Both the position numbers and the translations under genes were made by a program. The notes beneath the pieces are model-generated. The model had not been told where the DNA came from, ran no database searches, and saw nothing but the letters and a program-made list of their open reading frames with translations. A DNA stretch of 64,000 bases from Rotaria socialis (Eukaryota), in contig CAJNYD010000014.1 in the NCBI GenBank assembly GCA_905331295.1, positions 186,001-250,000 of the forward strand, given 5' to 3'. Below are positions 39,405 through 57,000 of the stretch, in pieces. Every line of letters starts with the position of its first letter. Position 1 is the stretch's first letter.

Positions 39405-39970
39405 AAAAAACAAAAAAGAATTTTCTTAATCTCATTGCCATATGAAATTTTCTAACCATGTTTGTTATGTATTACAGATGAGAAGGCAAAAAAAATATAT
39501 ATATTTATTTATAGTAACATGTAAAAAGTTCTCCTAGAAAAACAGGTTATTTCCATATGACAAGAGAGAATGATCATCCTAGAAAAAGAAGCATAGGAAA
39601 ATAAAATGTTTTTTTTTCCAATTTTGTTCTTTCAATTTCCACCATTATGCATAGGAAATCTTTTTAGTTTGCGCTTACCATTGTATTTTTTTGTTTTTTC
39701 TCTTTGGAAATGCTCACACACTGCTACAAAGAACGTATTAGTAAAAAAAACGAGAGAGAAAGAGAAGGAAAGGAAGTCAGTGAGGAACAATAGAAGAAAG
39801 ACGATGACGACAGCAGAGTAACCATCGAATAGCCATAGAAAGACAAGACAAAGAAAAAGATGAAGTACGTCTTATAGCAGCATTTTAATTGTTACAGAGA
39901 TTGGATTCATCTCCGATGCAAAATGACCATGCCTGTGGCTGTTTTCTAATTTGTTTTGTTTTGTTTTGAT

Positions 39971-42342
<2,372 letters not shown>

Positions 42343-45300
42343 CACAAGTCCAGCAGTGACAATGGCCAACCAGAGCAACGGAAGAAAAAAGGAACAATTG
42401 ATCTGGAAGTATTCGAATTCACAAAAATATTTTTGATATTCAAACAAAGACAAAGACAGACAGCGCTTTATATTGTTACTAGATATTTCGAAGGTTACTG
42501 GTATCAAGCAATGTAAATAAGGCAGTCACAAAGTGTTTTAGAGATGAGATGCCGCGCGCGAACACTCCATGCCCAAAAAGAAAGAAGTTGTACAGTAGGA
42601 GAACAGCAATAAGAAAAAAATGACGTGCTTGGTTGATTTATTTAGTAGCCTCTACGAAAAAGAATGAACTTACTCTACGGCAGGAAGACAGTTTAGTAGT
42701 TTTCAGGCCTAGTACTAAGAAAAAGATGTGATACTAAAAAAGATAGACCATATTTCAATAAATATCTAGATTTTTCGTTAGTTTTATGATTAATAACTTG
42801 TTAAGTGTGATTGCCTATGTCGCTTGAGCGAGATAGAATATATATAACTGACCCTTGTTAACCATTATTGTCGCAATGGTATCCTCTTTTTACTTATTAA
42901 TTATAATTATGGAAACTAGATAATAGAGAATTTTTGCACTAAACAATTTTTTTATCAATTTTTGAGAAAGATTTATGCAATTTTTATTTTATATAAGACA
43001 AAAAAAGTATAAAAAAGAAACAGATGTCACCATGTATCGAGCTTTCTGTAGAAACTGTTGTTCACGAAACGACCGATGAAATCACACTAGCCTATAGAAA
43101 TGTGACAAACTGTCGTTGCATCATTTCAAGAATTTCATTCTTACGTACCTATCTGAGGGAAAAAAGTCTATAGTGATCTAAACGTTATAAAATGAAATAT
43201 TCATCTTATGGATTTTATACAGTACAATTATCAACATGCGCTGGCTTGAATTGGTTTTAATGCTGCTTGTTTTGAAACATATAACTACAACAGGTGTGCT
43301 TTTTTGATAATTATGGTATGATATTTCATTTATTATTAGGCAAAATAAGTGGATTACAATATGTGACACAACTATTAAGAAGAATTTTAAAAAATCCGGC
43401 CCGTAACAAATCTGGAATGAAACCTCAACGCGTACAATTACTATTACTGACCGATATGAGTTCTGAAACTTCTTGTGACGCTTGGATGTCTACTCTCGAA
43501 CGGACCAAGACATCGATCAATAACTAGTACCGCAGAAGAGTAGATTGGCATAAAAATAACATCGGAACATATACATAAACTTTGAATAACTGTATTAACA
43601 CTTGATTTTAGTTGATTATCCAATAAATTTTGTGATCGCCTTTAACCAGAATTTTTTTGTGGGGAAAAATGCAAAGATATTCGCCAGATCAATTTTTTAT
43701 TGAATAAATTTGAATGATACGAACAAAAAACATTCTCACAATGTATAAATATGCTGAACTCAATCAAGACCATCTATTACAAACTACGTCTACAAGAGAT
43801 GTACGCATACATATATAGTAGCTTCTGGAATTATTCAAAGAGCTATTTTGCATTGCCATAATACTTAATGGAAATCTAAGCTGGGATTTACCTAATGAAT
43901 GTGGTTTCTAACAATCGAAATCTGTAAAGTGTCTTATTTTATAGAGAATAATTTATTGTTTCATTATGAATCAGTGAAAAATTATTTCTATTTCGTTTGA
44001 AACCCCATCATTGAAGCACTAATCAGCATTTTGTTCATGAGAACGTCTTGTTGAATATGGTATTTTCTAGACGAACATTTCATCTAACATTGCTGGCAAA
44101 GCATAGGAAAAAAAGATTTTTTTCTTGCCTATGCATCAAAATCTGCGAATAATAGTTTCCATTTCTTTTCATGGTTGCCAAGGTCAGTGCGTGGATCAAT
44201 CCACACTTTTATTTTTTAATCTGTCAAACTCAATTATAATAATGAATCTTATGTTCTTTTTTAAACTTTTCCTTGTTTTCTCGAGCATGAATCCTTTTTT
44301 TCTTTTCCTCTAATTATATTGAGATGATAGAAATTGGCCAGTATGTAGTCTTGATTGTTAAAAAAATATCAAAGAAACTTTGTTAGATTTCATAGGAATT
44401 ACTATATAAGATATAGTGAGTATTTTCATACTTGACGTTTTTCATTGAACTTTTCCATTCTGATGAAAAAGCAAGATATCTTCAATGAAATAGCTACTAT
44501 TAATACTGCTTTTGGCGATAGCAATTGTACAATTATGTTATAGCATGTTAACTATGTTATTAACAAATAACAATCATCATTCTCTCAATCTGATTTAATT
44601 ACTAGTAATAATGCTTTTAGCTTGGTTGTCGATGCCATTTCGCTTCAATGTAAATACTACAAACTTTGTGTGTGTATGTATTAGACGAATGTGTCGAGAA
44701 CTATTGATGAGTTATACTTAGATTTTTGCGTTATCTTATGCTGTTTCTCATTATTAGTAATATTTATTTGAATGCAGTTTCTCGCTCAAGCCTTTCTTCT
44801 CAGTTTATCATCTATGCTTTTACGTTCGATGCAGATATTTATTAGATTTTCGCGGAGTATCTGCATATATAACCATTTTTGTTCCGATATCTTTCCTAAT
44901 ATTTAATTTCTTGAAGTACTTTTAAACTAGTTAAGTATTAGAAACGAATTATCTTAATACGTAGTGTGAGACTATGACTCCCATCTCTATAGCTTTAAAA
45001 TACAATAGTTCAAAGAAAATATGTAACAAAACATATCCATTTTAACAATAATCATAATAATAAACTTCTATCAAACAATTATAAAAGAGCTCATTCTAAT
45101 TTTGAACTTAGATTATTAAACATCTATGAAAATTTGTTGACACGCTGATTTCTTAGTAAAACTAATTACAAGATGTGTAGGTTTAAGAAACAAGTTTCTA
45201 GTTTGTTTCCGTTTGTTGTTAAAATCAGTAATTATATTGTCTAATATAGCGACTGTTATGTGCTAAGAAAGTAAGAACTAAGAATAAAAGAATTGTAACA

Positions 45301-47132
45301 AGAACAACTTTCTTGTCATATCGTTTTAGTGAAGCATTGAATTGACAAGTACTCCGTGTCAGTAAAACATACAAATAAAACTAAAAATAAACACACGATG
45401 ACATCTATTTTCTACTTCAATCATTTTCTATTTATTGCATTCAACTCTTTTTCAGGAGTAAAACAGATAAAACATAAATTCGAGCGAATAGAAAATATTG
45501 TTAAAAGCTGCAAAAATAGTTTCGCTATCAAAGAATTATTTTCCAATTTAAGGGCATCATTTTTGTATATATATATTTCTTTTGTTTATAGACTTTATAA
45601 ACATACTCGAAAGCATCGTATGAGAATGAATGTTTATTTATCATTTAAATAATTAAAAACAATGTAATTTATCAAAAATGCTACAGTTTTGTCGACCCTA
45701 TTATTTAAGATACGAGCGATGGTTTTCCAGAAGGTATGTTCACTCATCAAAAATAAGCAAAGAAAAATAACAATAAAATCTTTGACGCTTACACATATCT
45801 CTAAACATTTCTTTTTTACAATATTCAACGATGTTTTAAAGCTTTTAATGCTAAGAATATTTATTTATTTATTAGACAGAATAGATCAAATCATCAAACT
45901 TTATATTCAATGAATTTCATAAAATACAGCATGCCATTAAGTAAAAATTCTCTTTCAATTTTTTTATTCTTTCCAGCGAAAGCAAAAAATGCTGTTCTGT
46001 TACGCATAATTAGGAATAATACTGTTGCTAAATAGATGCACAATTAAAAAGAATAATAATATAAAGTACTACAGGTTATGTTAGATGATTTAATCATCAT
46101 GTTCTATAAATAGCTATTTACAATAGAACATATTTGACTAATATTGATTCATCTAACCGAAATTGAAGTGTTTAATAAAAACAATTATTCAGGAAGCCGT
46201 CTACATCAATGAAACTTTTTATTATTAGAAATTTGACATCACGAGTATTGACGATAGCTATGAAAGAAAATGAGAGAATCATAGCTTTATGCTCGTTATC
46301 GACTTTTGTAATGCGTAATTATTTTATTATCTTCGAAAACCTGAAATACATCATATAATATCATATGGAGTAACATACATCAGTCAAAATAATAGATTCT
46401 TATAGTATCCTAAAATCTTCCATAGTAAAGTGAATATTTTTTTTCATCTAGAAAACCGATTGACCCAAAAGTTATAGTAGATTAATCTTATTAATATTTT
46501 TCAAATTCAACGATGTTTGAAATAGTTAATGAGATTTCCTATGAAATCTAGTCTAGTACGGTTTTTCTGCATCAGAAGGAGCAGAATAAAGAAACAAAAG
46601 TAAAGCATTTTGGTAAAATCTGGATACGACATAGACGCTCATGAAGCGTTATGATTGGACGATTGATCACTGAGCAAAAGTAAACACATGAATACACACG
46701 CACGCGCTTGTGATAATGACACTATTCCGTCGTTGCAGTTCTTTTTGTTTTTCTTCACTTCGCGCTGAGAAATACCCAATTTATTGACCTATTCATCGTT
46801 ATTTTAATCATGTAGATAAATGAAAACTATTTCATAATAAAGAAGAAAGAATCTTTTTTTAGTACCCTTTAAAAATCTTTTTTTGGTTGGCTATTTTAAT
46901 TCATTTTCTTTTATTTGTCGTTTAATTCTTTCAGATATGTAGTTGAGCAGAATCTAACAAAGACACTTTCTACTTACTTCTTCCTGACTTTGGACTTTTA
47001 CTTCTTGACTCTGGACGGTTTTCGACAAAGACGAGACCTAGACCAGGACATACACTACTTCTTTCTCTCTCTTATTCTCACTTTCTTTTCTTATACGACA
47101 TTGACACGTGACTTTGAAATAATCTAAATAAA

Positions 47133-50100
47133 ATGCAATTACTTGAACAAGCACAATCCTTATTAAACTTCGATGGACAAACAACATTCGATGTTAATGT
47201 ACTCGATGCTGTTATTAACACTATGTATCGAGGACAAGGTGATGCCGTATGTTATACACTCCATGTTAGTTTTTTTGTTTTATTAAATAAAAACTTTTTT
47301 CCTAAAGCAACGACAAGCGAGTGAAGTGTTAAATGTTTTACGTGACCATCCTGATGCATGGACAAAGGTTGATTGTATTTTGGAGTTTTCCAAATGTCAA
47401 GAAACGAAATATTATGCATTGCAAATTCTTGAAAAAACAATTAAAACACGTTGGAAAGCTTTACCAAAAGAACAATGTGAAGGTTAGTTGATATTCTTCG
47501 TGTTGCTGTAATCTCATATTATATCTCGTTTGTTTACAACTACTGTAGCAATTAAACAATACATCGTTAGTTTGATCATCTCGCATTCCCAAAATCCTGA
47601 ATTAATAGAACGTGAAAAAGTCTATGTGAATAAACTTGATATTATTCTCGTACAAGTAAATAAAACATTTTAAAATTTCAGGCAATGTGAACTTCTTTTT
47701 ATCTAGATCTTAAAGCATGAATGGCCAAAGAAGTGGCCAAATTTTGTTAGTGATATTGTTGAAGCAAGTAAAACCAGCGAATCAATGTGCCAAAATAATT
47801 TGGAAATTTTAAAACTTCTCAGGTGAAAATTTTCGATTTTGTTTCATATATAATTTTAATTGTTGTTTTTTTTTAAAACATTTATAGTGAAGAAGTATTT
47901 GATTTTTCATCAGGTCAAATGACACAAGCAAAAGCTAAACATTTAAAGGATACAATGTGCAATGAATTTACAAAAATTTTCCAACTCTGCGAATACGTTG
48001 TGGTAAATGAAATCAGTATAATACAATAGAAATCTATTGAGAGCAATATAATCTAAGCTGCAAACTTACGTTTGGTTAATGTACTAAAAATAATATTCAT
48101 AAACGAACGTTCCAATGTAACGAGAAATTGAATAGCTGTATGGAAAAACTTGCGTAATTCTTTGAAATACAACCTAAGTATTGGGGACAAGTGAAATCTA
48201 TTCTGATTACGAAATAACATAATGGATTAGAATTTTTCTATATTGAGTGGGAAAGTGTAGTGTTATGAAAGATCGTTATGAAAAGCAAATAAATAGTTCT
48301 AATTAGAAATCTACAGTTTCTCTCGGTTTCTTCGACTTGTTTGATAGTTTCATTTACATTCACCATTATAATTCTAACTTTGAAATCTAACTTTCGATTC
48401 TTCTGTTTTCAACAATATAAGATTGGTCAGAAATTTTTATAAGAACGGTCGCATGAACCTTAACAATGTTTCTCGTTAGTTCTATGGATCTAAATCTTTA
48501 GCATAATTCTTAATATTATAGGGAAAAAATACTTCAACTATCGAGAACATTTGCTAACTTTTATTATTAGTAATATGAACTGCATCGAACTTGATTGCGA
48601 CAGTTTATTTTTACAATCGTAGATGATTTATCTTTGACCATGAACCGATTTTAAAATCTAAATTACGCACAATAGAATTAAAGGAAGTATTGAGTTAAAT
48701 TATAGAAAATTCATGCGAAGTACTCAAACTCTTAAGCTTTTATCAAATCTGAATTGATTTCTCGTGAAAACTCTACAGGTGATTACTGTTAGCCAAATAT
48801 ATCATTTAATAAATCAAATATTTTTCAACACTACACTAGCGAATTGAGTTTATCATTTTCAAAGCGTGATTTAGGATTTTATACTTTCAACTATCTATCA
48901 AAACCATCGGAGGATCATTCATAATTTTTCAACGAACGCAAGAATCGATTTGAATTGATTTCCTTTTTTCTTCTTTAGGATAAGTCTCGTCATCCACCAT
49001 TACTCTTGGTTACATTGGAAACACTTCTACGTTTCCTAAGCTGGATTCCACTTGGCTACATATTCGAAACAAATATGGTTAATACACTTATCGAAACATT
49101 TTTCACTGTACCAATGTTTCGAAATGTAACACTTCGTTGTTTAACTGAAATTGGTATATTTAACATGAACAATTGATAAAACATTGAATATATTAACACA
49201 GATTTTTTTCTTTAATTTTCTAGCTAGTATTCAAGTTGCACAATACGAAGATAAATTCATTGACTTTTTTCGTCGAACCATGACTCAACTGAAAACAGTA
49301 AAAATATACAAGGGTTTTCTCTTTTTTTAATACTTTCTATTTTATTTTTAATCAATAGATTATGCCATTAAACATTGATTTGAAAGCTGCATATCGTTCA
49401 GCAAAAGATGACGATCAACGATTTATTCAAAATTTAGCTTTATTTCTATCAAATTTCTTAAAAGAACATGGCGTATTAGTTGAACGTACTGCTGATTTAA
49501 AAGAAACTTTACTTGAAGCATTACAATATCTTGTATTAATATCGGAAGTTGAAGAAATCGAAATATTTAAAATATGTTTGGAATATTGGAATATTTTAAG
49601 TGCTGAACTTTATCGAGAAGTACCATTTCAACAGTCAACGCCATTATATGCTCGTGGTGCAAATAGTGCTAATAGTACACCTACACGTCGTCAATTTTAT
49701 GCTGTTATTTTATCGAAGGTAGAATTCGAACAGAATATTTCAATTATGATTTTTAATTTAAAAACAAAAATTAGGTTCGACGAATAATGATATCACGTAT
49801 GGCTCGACCTGAAGAAGTACTTGTTGTAGAAAATGAACGTGGTGAAGTTGTACGAGAATTCATGAAAGATACTGATGCCATCAATCTTTATAAAAACATG
49901 CGTGAAACGCTCGGTTAGAGAGTTTTAAGAAAATATATAAAATAGATTTTTGAATATCTCTTAATTCTATAGTATATTTGACACATCTTGATTATATCGA
50001 TACGGAGTCGATCATGACAGAAAAATTAGCAAATCAAGTTAATGGATCTGAATGGTCATGGAAAAATCTAAATACAGTAAGTTTTCTGTTTATGAAAACG

Positions 50101-53100
50101 TTGTGATTATGATATATTTTAGTTTAAAAAATAAGAGTGATCTATTTTTCTTCTGTCTGTAACTTTGAGTAGGAGAAAAACATTTACAATTTGTTGAGTG
50201 TCAGTAGAAAGGATCGTTTTTTGTTTTGTTTTCGCTGATGAATGTGTAGTTTCAACAATAATAAGGAAAAAAATTCAATTTAAACAGGGATTTTTTTTTA
50301 TATGCGCTCAAATGTAAATATTCTATCGTGTCTCTTATATTCTATGATTTAATTTTTCGTTTTAGCTTTGTTGGGCTATCGGTTCAATATCAGGTGCAAT
50401 GGTTGAAGATGATGAAAAACGGTTTCTTGTCACCGTTATAAAAGTAAAATTTCTCGAATTGCTCAACATCATCATTTTTTTAATACTTTTCATTAAAATC
50501 TTTTAGGAACTACTTGGCTTATGTGAACAGAAACGTGGTAAAGATAATAAAGCGATCATAGCATCTAATATTATGTATGTTGTTGGTCAATATCCACGTT
50601 TTCTTCGTGCTCATTGGAAATTTCTTAAAACGGTTGTTAATAAACTTTTTGAATTTATGCACGGTAATAAAATTTTTCTGTCTACTATCTCCCGCAAAAA
50701 AACAAAACTACTCTTACGATTTATCTTTCTTTCAATAGAAACTCATGAAGGTGTTCAAGACATGGCATGCGATACATTTATAAAAATAGCACAAAAATGT
50801 CGTCGCCATTTCATAACAATACAACTTGGCGAATCTCAACCATTCGTCGAAGAAATCTTAACGAATATAAATGGTATTATATGTCATCTAGAACCACATC
50901 AAGTTCATACGTTTTATGAAGCTGTTGGTAATATGATTGCTGCTAGCATTGATGTTGTACAACAGACAAAATTAATTGAAAAATATATGCAATTACCAAA
51001 TGATGTTTGGAATACAATTATAGCTGAAGCTAAAAAATCTGTCGATTGTTTACAAGATCCAGAAGTTGTTAGTAACATATTAAATATACTTAAAACAAAT
51101 ATTCGCGCATCAAAAGCATTAGGCGCACCATATGCTCATCAATTAACAAAAATCTATCAAGACATGTTACATATCTATAAAGTAACATCAGAAAATATCA
51201 ATCAAGCTATACGAATTAATGGGCCCATGGTTGTTAAACAACGTCTGATTAAATCTATGATGGCTATTAAAGAAGATTCATTAATGTTACTTGGTAGCTA
51301 TTTTTCAAAAGCAACTAATATCCAACAAGTACTTGATCAATTTTTAACACCATTATTTACATTTGTATTAAATGATTATCGTGATTGTCATCCGGAAGCA
51401 CGAGAATCCGAAGTATTAAATATGTTGGCTATATTAATAAATAAAGCTGAAAGTCGTATAACAAATCGTATACCCGATATATTTGATTTAACATTTGAAC
51501 ATACACTTCATATGATTGATAAAAATTTCGAAGATTATCCAGATCACAGAAAGAATTTCTATATATTACTTCAATCAGTTATCAATGTTTGCTTTCCAGG
51601 TATATTATAAAGAAAAACAAAATTATTTTTAAAATTTCATTTTCCTTCTTTTGTTTGTTTTTTTAGCTATATTAGCATTGAACGCAACACAATTTAAACT
51701 CGTGTATGATTCAATTATGTGGGCATTAAAACATACAATGCGTACAATATCAGAATTAGGTTTGGAAATTCTTCAAACGATTTTAAGAAAATTTCAAACA
51801 TGTGATCCACAAGCAGCACAAAACTTTTATCAAATTTTCTATCTTGAAACAATGCAACATATTTTTGCTGTTGTTGCTGAATGTTCACATACATCTGGTA
51901 AGAAAAATATATTTAATTGAAGTAGAATTTTTACGTTGATTGAAAAAGTTCATCAGAGAAATCGCAAGAAATTTAATATTTGTTTTTGATTAATGAGAAT
52001 AGTACATGACTGGGTCTGTCAACATTTCGAATTTGATTAAATTCATTGTTTCTAATACAATCTACCACTCATGATTCATTTAATATTCAATAAGATCATC
52101 AAGGATTTGATTTATGTTATAGACATACTATATTATACAGTGTGGCTCAAAAGTTGTAGCGCTCAATATTCAATTCTTTTTCAACTCTTCAACCATAATT
52201 AGCTGTAGTCAGAATCATAATCTCATTCTATATGTTCAGATGATTCTACTGAATTAATATAGGCCAAATATTACTAACATTTTCCGGAAAAATTCCATAA
52301 CAGAAGAGTCAATCAAAGTAAAATAGCAGCCCTAATTTGGTCCCTTGCAATAGTGTGAATTGAATTCTATGTAAAAAAAAGAGACATCATAATAAACGAA
52401 ATCTCATATATGCATTTGTAATACGAATGTATCGACGCTGTTGGTCTTCAACATGATCTCGTTCAATTAAAATTTGTTCGATCAGGAACTTGAATACTTT
52501 TTTACTTTGATGTTAGTGTGAGTATTCACACCCGTAGTTTCCTATTTATATTACCGATTTGTATAAAATTTCTAGACGATACTTTAACATATTTAAAACA
52601 TGAAGTAGTTTATTATTGATCAATATTTTCTTTTCCTATTTGAATGAATAATATATTTTCTTAATGATTGTTTTGTTCTTCTTAAAGGTCTAACAGCGCA
52701 TTCACAAATTTTGGCTAATCTATTTTTAATTGCCGAACAAGGCCTTATTAAAGTTCCATTGGCACCTGAAGTACAAGATCCATCACAAAATTTACTTTAT
52801 GTTCAACAATTCATGGCTAATTTATTAAAAACAGCATTTTCACATTTACAAGATAATCAAGTTAAAGTTATTATCGAAGGTTTTGTTACATTAGATCAAG
52901 ATATTGCCGGTTTTAAAGAACATTTACGTGATTTTCTCGTTCAAATACGTGAAGCAACTGGAAATGACACGACTGATTTATATTTAGAAGATCGAGAACA
53001 AACACTAAAACGTGCAGCTGAAGAAAAACGAAAAATACAAATGAGTGTTCCCGGTTAGTAAAACTAAAGAGAAAGCTCCTATTACAAAATAGAAGACATT

Positions 53101-53170
53101 AATGAGTTTAATTATTTAATTTTTAGGTATTCTTAATCCTCATGAAATACCCGAGGATATGCAAGATTAA
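47133..53170 (+). CDS. XPO1: Exportin-1 (CRM1)
   Basis: [100 protein letters not shown]-terminal [16 protein letters not shown]. Confidence 0.97.
52138..52300. mobile_element. Solo Tc1/mariner-like end within an XPO1 intron
   Basis: TA|cagtgtggctcaaaagttg start. Opposite TIR not recognisable; extent approximate. Confidence 0.3.
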
Positions 53171-54079
53171 TCAATTTAAACAACTTCACTACATGCCTAA
53201 TTCTCTTTTTCAATTCAATATGATTATAAAATGAAAATTCTTGATATCATTATATGCACATTTGCTCTCATATGAAGATCTTTAGGAGCTTTTATGTATT
53301 GGAACAGTTAGAAGAAAATAATTATAATCAAGAGAGCCATTTAACACGTTTATCGTATTCATTGTATATATTATGATTATTTCATGTCACTTCCTTTTTT
53401 TCTTTACTTTACTTTACTTTTCTTTTCTTTTCTTATTATTGTTGTTATTCTTGATTAGAAATAAGATGAAACCAAGAAAAAAAAATTTACCCGTTGATCA
53501 TTTATCCGAAAATAAAGAAGAGCAATAACGAAAAACAAATTTTGTGTATGTTCTTTCGTGTTGTCTATTTCCTATTTCTTTCTTTATGTTCTTCTTGTTC
53601 GTTTCAACAGAAAAAAAATAAGAAAAAAAGCGTTCGACGCGTATCTATAAATATATATATATATATATACTAGTTTCGTAGATATTTCAATTTGAAGAAC
53701 ACTTCTCTTGTTGTTTGATTGTTGTTCTTGTCAACTTATGTGTTACATTATACGTTCGAAGGAAAAAAAATAGAAATAAACAAGAAAGCACTAGTGAAAA
53801 CTTAAAATCTATTCTTTTGATTGCTTTTAGCCTCATAATACGATGACAGTAATTTTGTTTCTTATTTGAAGTGAAGATAGAAATAGCAATTGAAAGGGAA
53901 TTTCTTTTTTCTTCCCTTATTTCATTAAGCTGGAAGTATTCAATTGTCAGTAGCATGTAATCGACATTAAATATTTGACGCAATGGAAAAAGTAGAAAAC
54001 AGACGACGACAGGAAAAATGGAATGTCACTTTTTTATCGCTTGTTACGGTAATGTTTTCTGTATGAACAACTGAAACAA

Positions 54080-57000
54080 ATGGAAAAAGACGACAGCAAT
54101 GACTTCGATACTGATTTAGATGATGACACAACAGGTATATATTAATTATATTCGAGAGGGTAATGACAAGCTAAATTATAGCAATTTTTTTATTTTAAAC
54201 TTCTATCAATTGTCGAGCTCATCTAAGTTAATAGAAAAGTAAACTGTCAATAAATTTACATCGTTCATTTGGATTATGGATACAAGTTCAATTATGAAGA
54301 AGCACAGCAACATGTTACTCAGATGAGGAATTCTAGGGGAAAATTCTATTTAACAATTGTTGAATAAAGCTGCTTTTACTTCTTCGATTAGTCTTGTAAG
54401 CGTAAATTGGATGTTCCTAAACGAGAAGATAGCTCATTAGGAAAAAATCAGTTGCATATATTCTGAGAAAATTGATTCGCAATAGAAAACTCAGGGTTTT
54501 CTTTTATTTTTGAGCGATGACCATGAGCACTTTATCTAACAAATGGTTCATTTATAATTTTACTGCAACATACCTACATAACTTTTATAGTGTTGTACTA
54601 GATGATAATTATATAGTAGATATAAGTTACTTGCGATCGACTAATTCTTACTTCGGTGACGCAAATCGCTTACAAAATATTAATATCAATTTTAGTAAGA
54701 AATCATTATAGAAATCATTCAGATATTTGTATGAAGCTAATCTTCTTAACTATAGAAATTAAACATCAGTAGATATTTATTATTCGCTTCTTTAGGTTTT
54801 TTCGAAAATAATATCTGCTGAAAAATGTGTCGCATAATCCTCTTCTGATGTATAAAAATGGAATCGAACGATATTTAACTCGTTATATCGATCTTTGCAG
54901 TTAAGAAAATATTCTTAAATACGAAATCATTGCAAATTGACGCACAACTCTGTTTTTCTTCTGATAATTATCTTCTCATATCGGTACGGATTAAACTCGA
55001 GTCTTACTCTTGAGATTTTCTTTTGAATCCACGCTAATACTAGTGCATTTTGCCATATAAATCCATTTGGTGCATTTTAATTTTCAATTAAACAAAAATA
55101 GCTAAAACAATTGCTTGTTCATCATCATTAGTCACTCAGTAATGATGTTTGAACTTTACGCAGCACGATTCTCGTTATATGCACCAGAGTAAAGAGCATA
55201 GGGTACACTAGCAATTATTTTTTTCTTTTAATTTTCCGACATTGTGCGTCATCAAAAAATGAATATTTAATAGATTTTCTTTTTTCCCCGGAGATCGTTG
55301 ATTTGCTAATTTTTTAATGTTGACGATGCTATTTAGTTGGAAAATAGAATATTGTCTTGAATAACTATTTGATTAGTTTTTTGTTCTATATCATCACATT
55401 ATGAGGTTGAAGTTTGATATGCATGATAAAAAATGAACTCTCGTTATTCAAAGTTTAATGCAACCTCACCGGTTGGATTTACATCGAGTTTCAATATATA
55501 TTTATTAACATGGAAAACATTGATGTTTGCCTTTTGTGATTATTTTGCTTCAGTAGGCCTATTAGACAATGTCTATTGAAAACCAATTAAAATATTTATT
55601 AACAGGCTAATGTGATTTTATCGTTTAGAAAAGTACTTACTGAAAAATGTATCTATCAATTGCAAATGTTCTCTCATCACATTATGATTGACAAAAGAAA
55701 GCCAAACATTTTCCACATATATTTAAGAACGTCAGCATATCAATATTCTTCATTGGGTTTTCTTTAAATTAGTTTTCTATTAGTAGATTTTCTCATACTG
55801 AGAGCTGGCGTTAGAGATAAAGAGGATAAGAAGGTTATATATATGATTAGTAAATGTCATTTTCAAGAGTCATCAAGTTTTATATAAAAAAAAATAGATG
55901 TTTTTTAAAGGATTATCTCGCCACAAACATAAGCCTATCAAAATAATTTCTTAATATATCAAAAATACAAATATTCCTACCTATTATATTTAATCTTCAT
56001 ATATTCTGAAATTGCTAATTATTTAAAATCAGAATATATGAGATTCTACTCGTACATAAATGTCATTTTTAAAAACAATAGTATTGTATCATCTTTTTCT
56101 GGATATTCTACAGATCACATCAATGAATCGCCACTACATCGATTATCATCTGGTAAAATACTAGCAGCTCATCGTAGTAATCGATTGAATCAAACGTTTG
56201 GTCAAATAAATGTACCGTACGAAGTTCAACAGGAACTAGTCAAAGAAGACAATGATGATACTCTTATTACATTAAGACTTAAAACGCCGCATGATAAAAG
56301 AAGTATTTCAGGTTTTTCATATATAAAAAAAGACAAATTTTGATTTTTGTTTTTAAATTTTTTAGCAAGAGTTCAAATCTATGAACATTGTTGTCAAACG
56401 CTTGATACGACAGCTGATTGGCAAATACGAGCTCTTCTTCCTTCCGATGTTATCACTATAATTGATAGATCATTTTCCTTTAACGATATTCGTGCATTAG
56501 CCACTGCGATTGAAGCCAATCTCGAAAGTCTAACATTAAATACAGTAGGTTTAACATCACGATCAGCCCATCTACTTTGCCAAGCATTATGTAAATGTAT
56601 TAACCTTAATTTATTGGTAAAAACTAACATGATAATTTTACTATTTTTAAATGAAATTTTCCTTATTAGGATCTGTCAGGTAATAAAATTGGTAGAAAAG
56701 GTTTTGAAGCAATAGTTGATACTGTTAATTCTCTCCCATCGCTACTCTATCTATCATTGACAAATTGTGGCCTAAAAGATTCTTATGGTATTCGAATCGG
56801 CGATCTATGCCGACCTAAAAGACTTATAGAAATAAATTTAAGTGCTAATGAGTTTGAAGAAAATTCATGTATTTTCATTGGCAATGTTTTAAGTATGTAT
56901 TATTGTTTTGTTTTTCATACACATTCGTGTTGTTATTCGTTTTTTTTGATAGCTGAAAATTCGAGTTTATCATATTTAAATTTAAGTTGGAATTTCATTC

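Noticed and set aside
50500..50670. XPO1 cargo-groove variants
   Set aside because: The leptomycin-reactive Cys ([10 protein letters not shown]) and LFEFMHE are conserved; nothing unusual.
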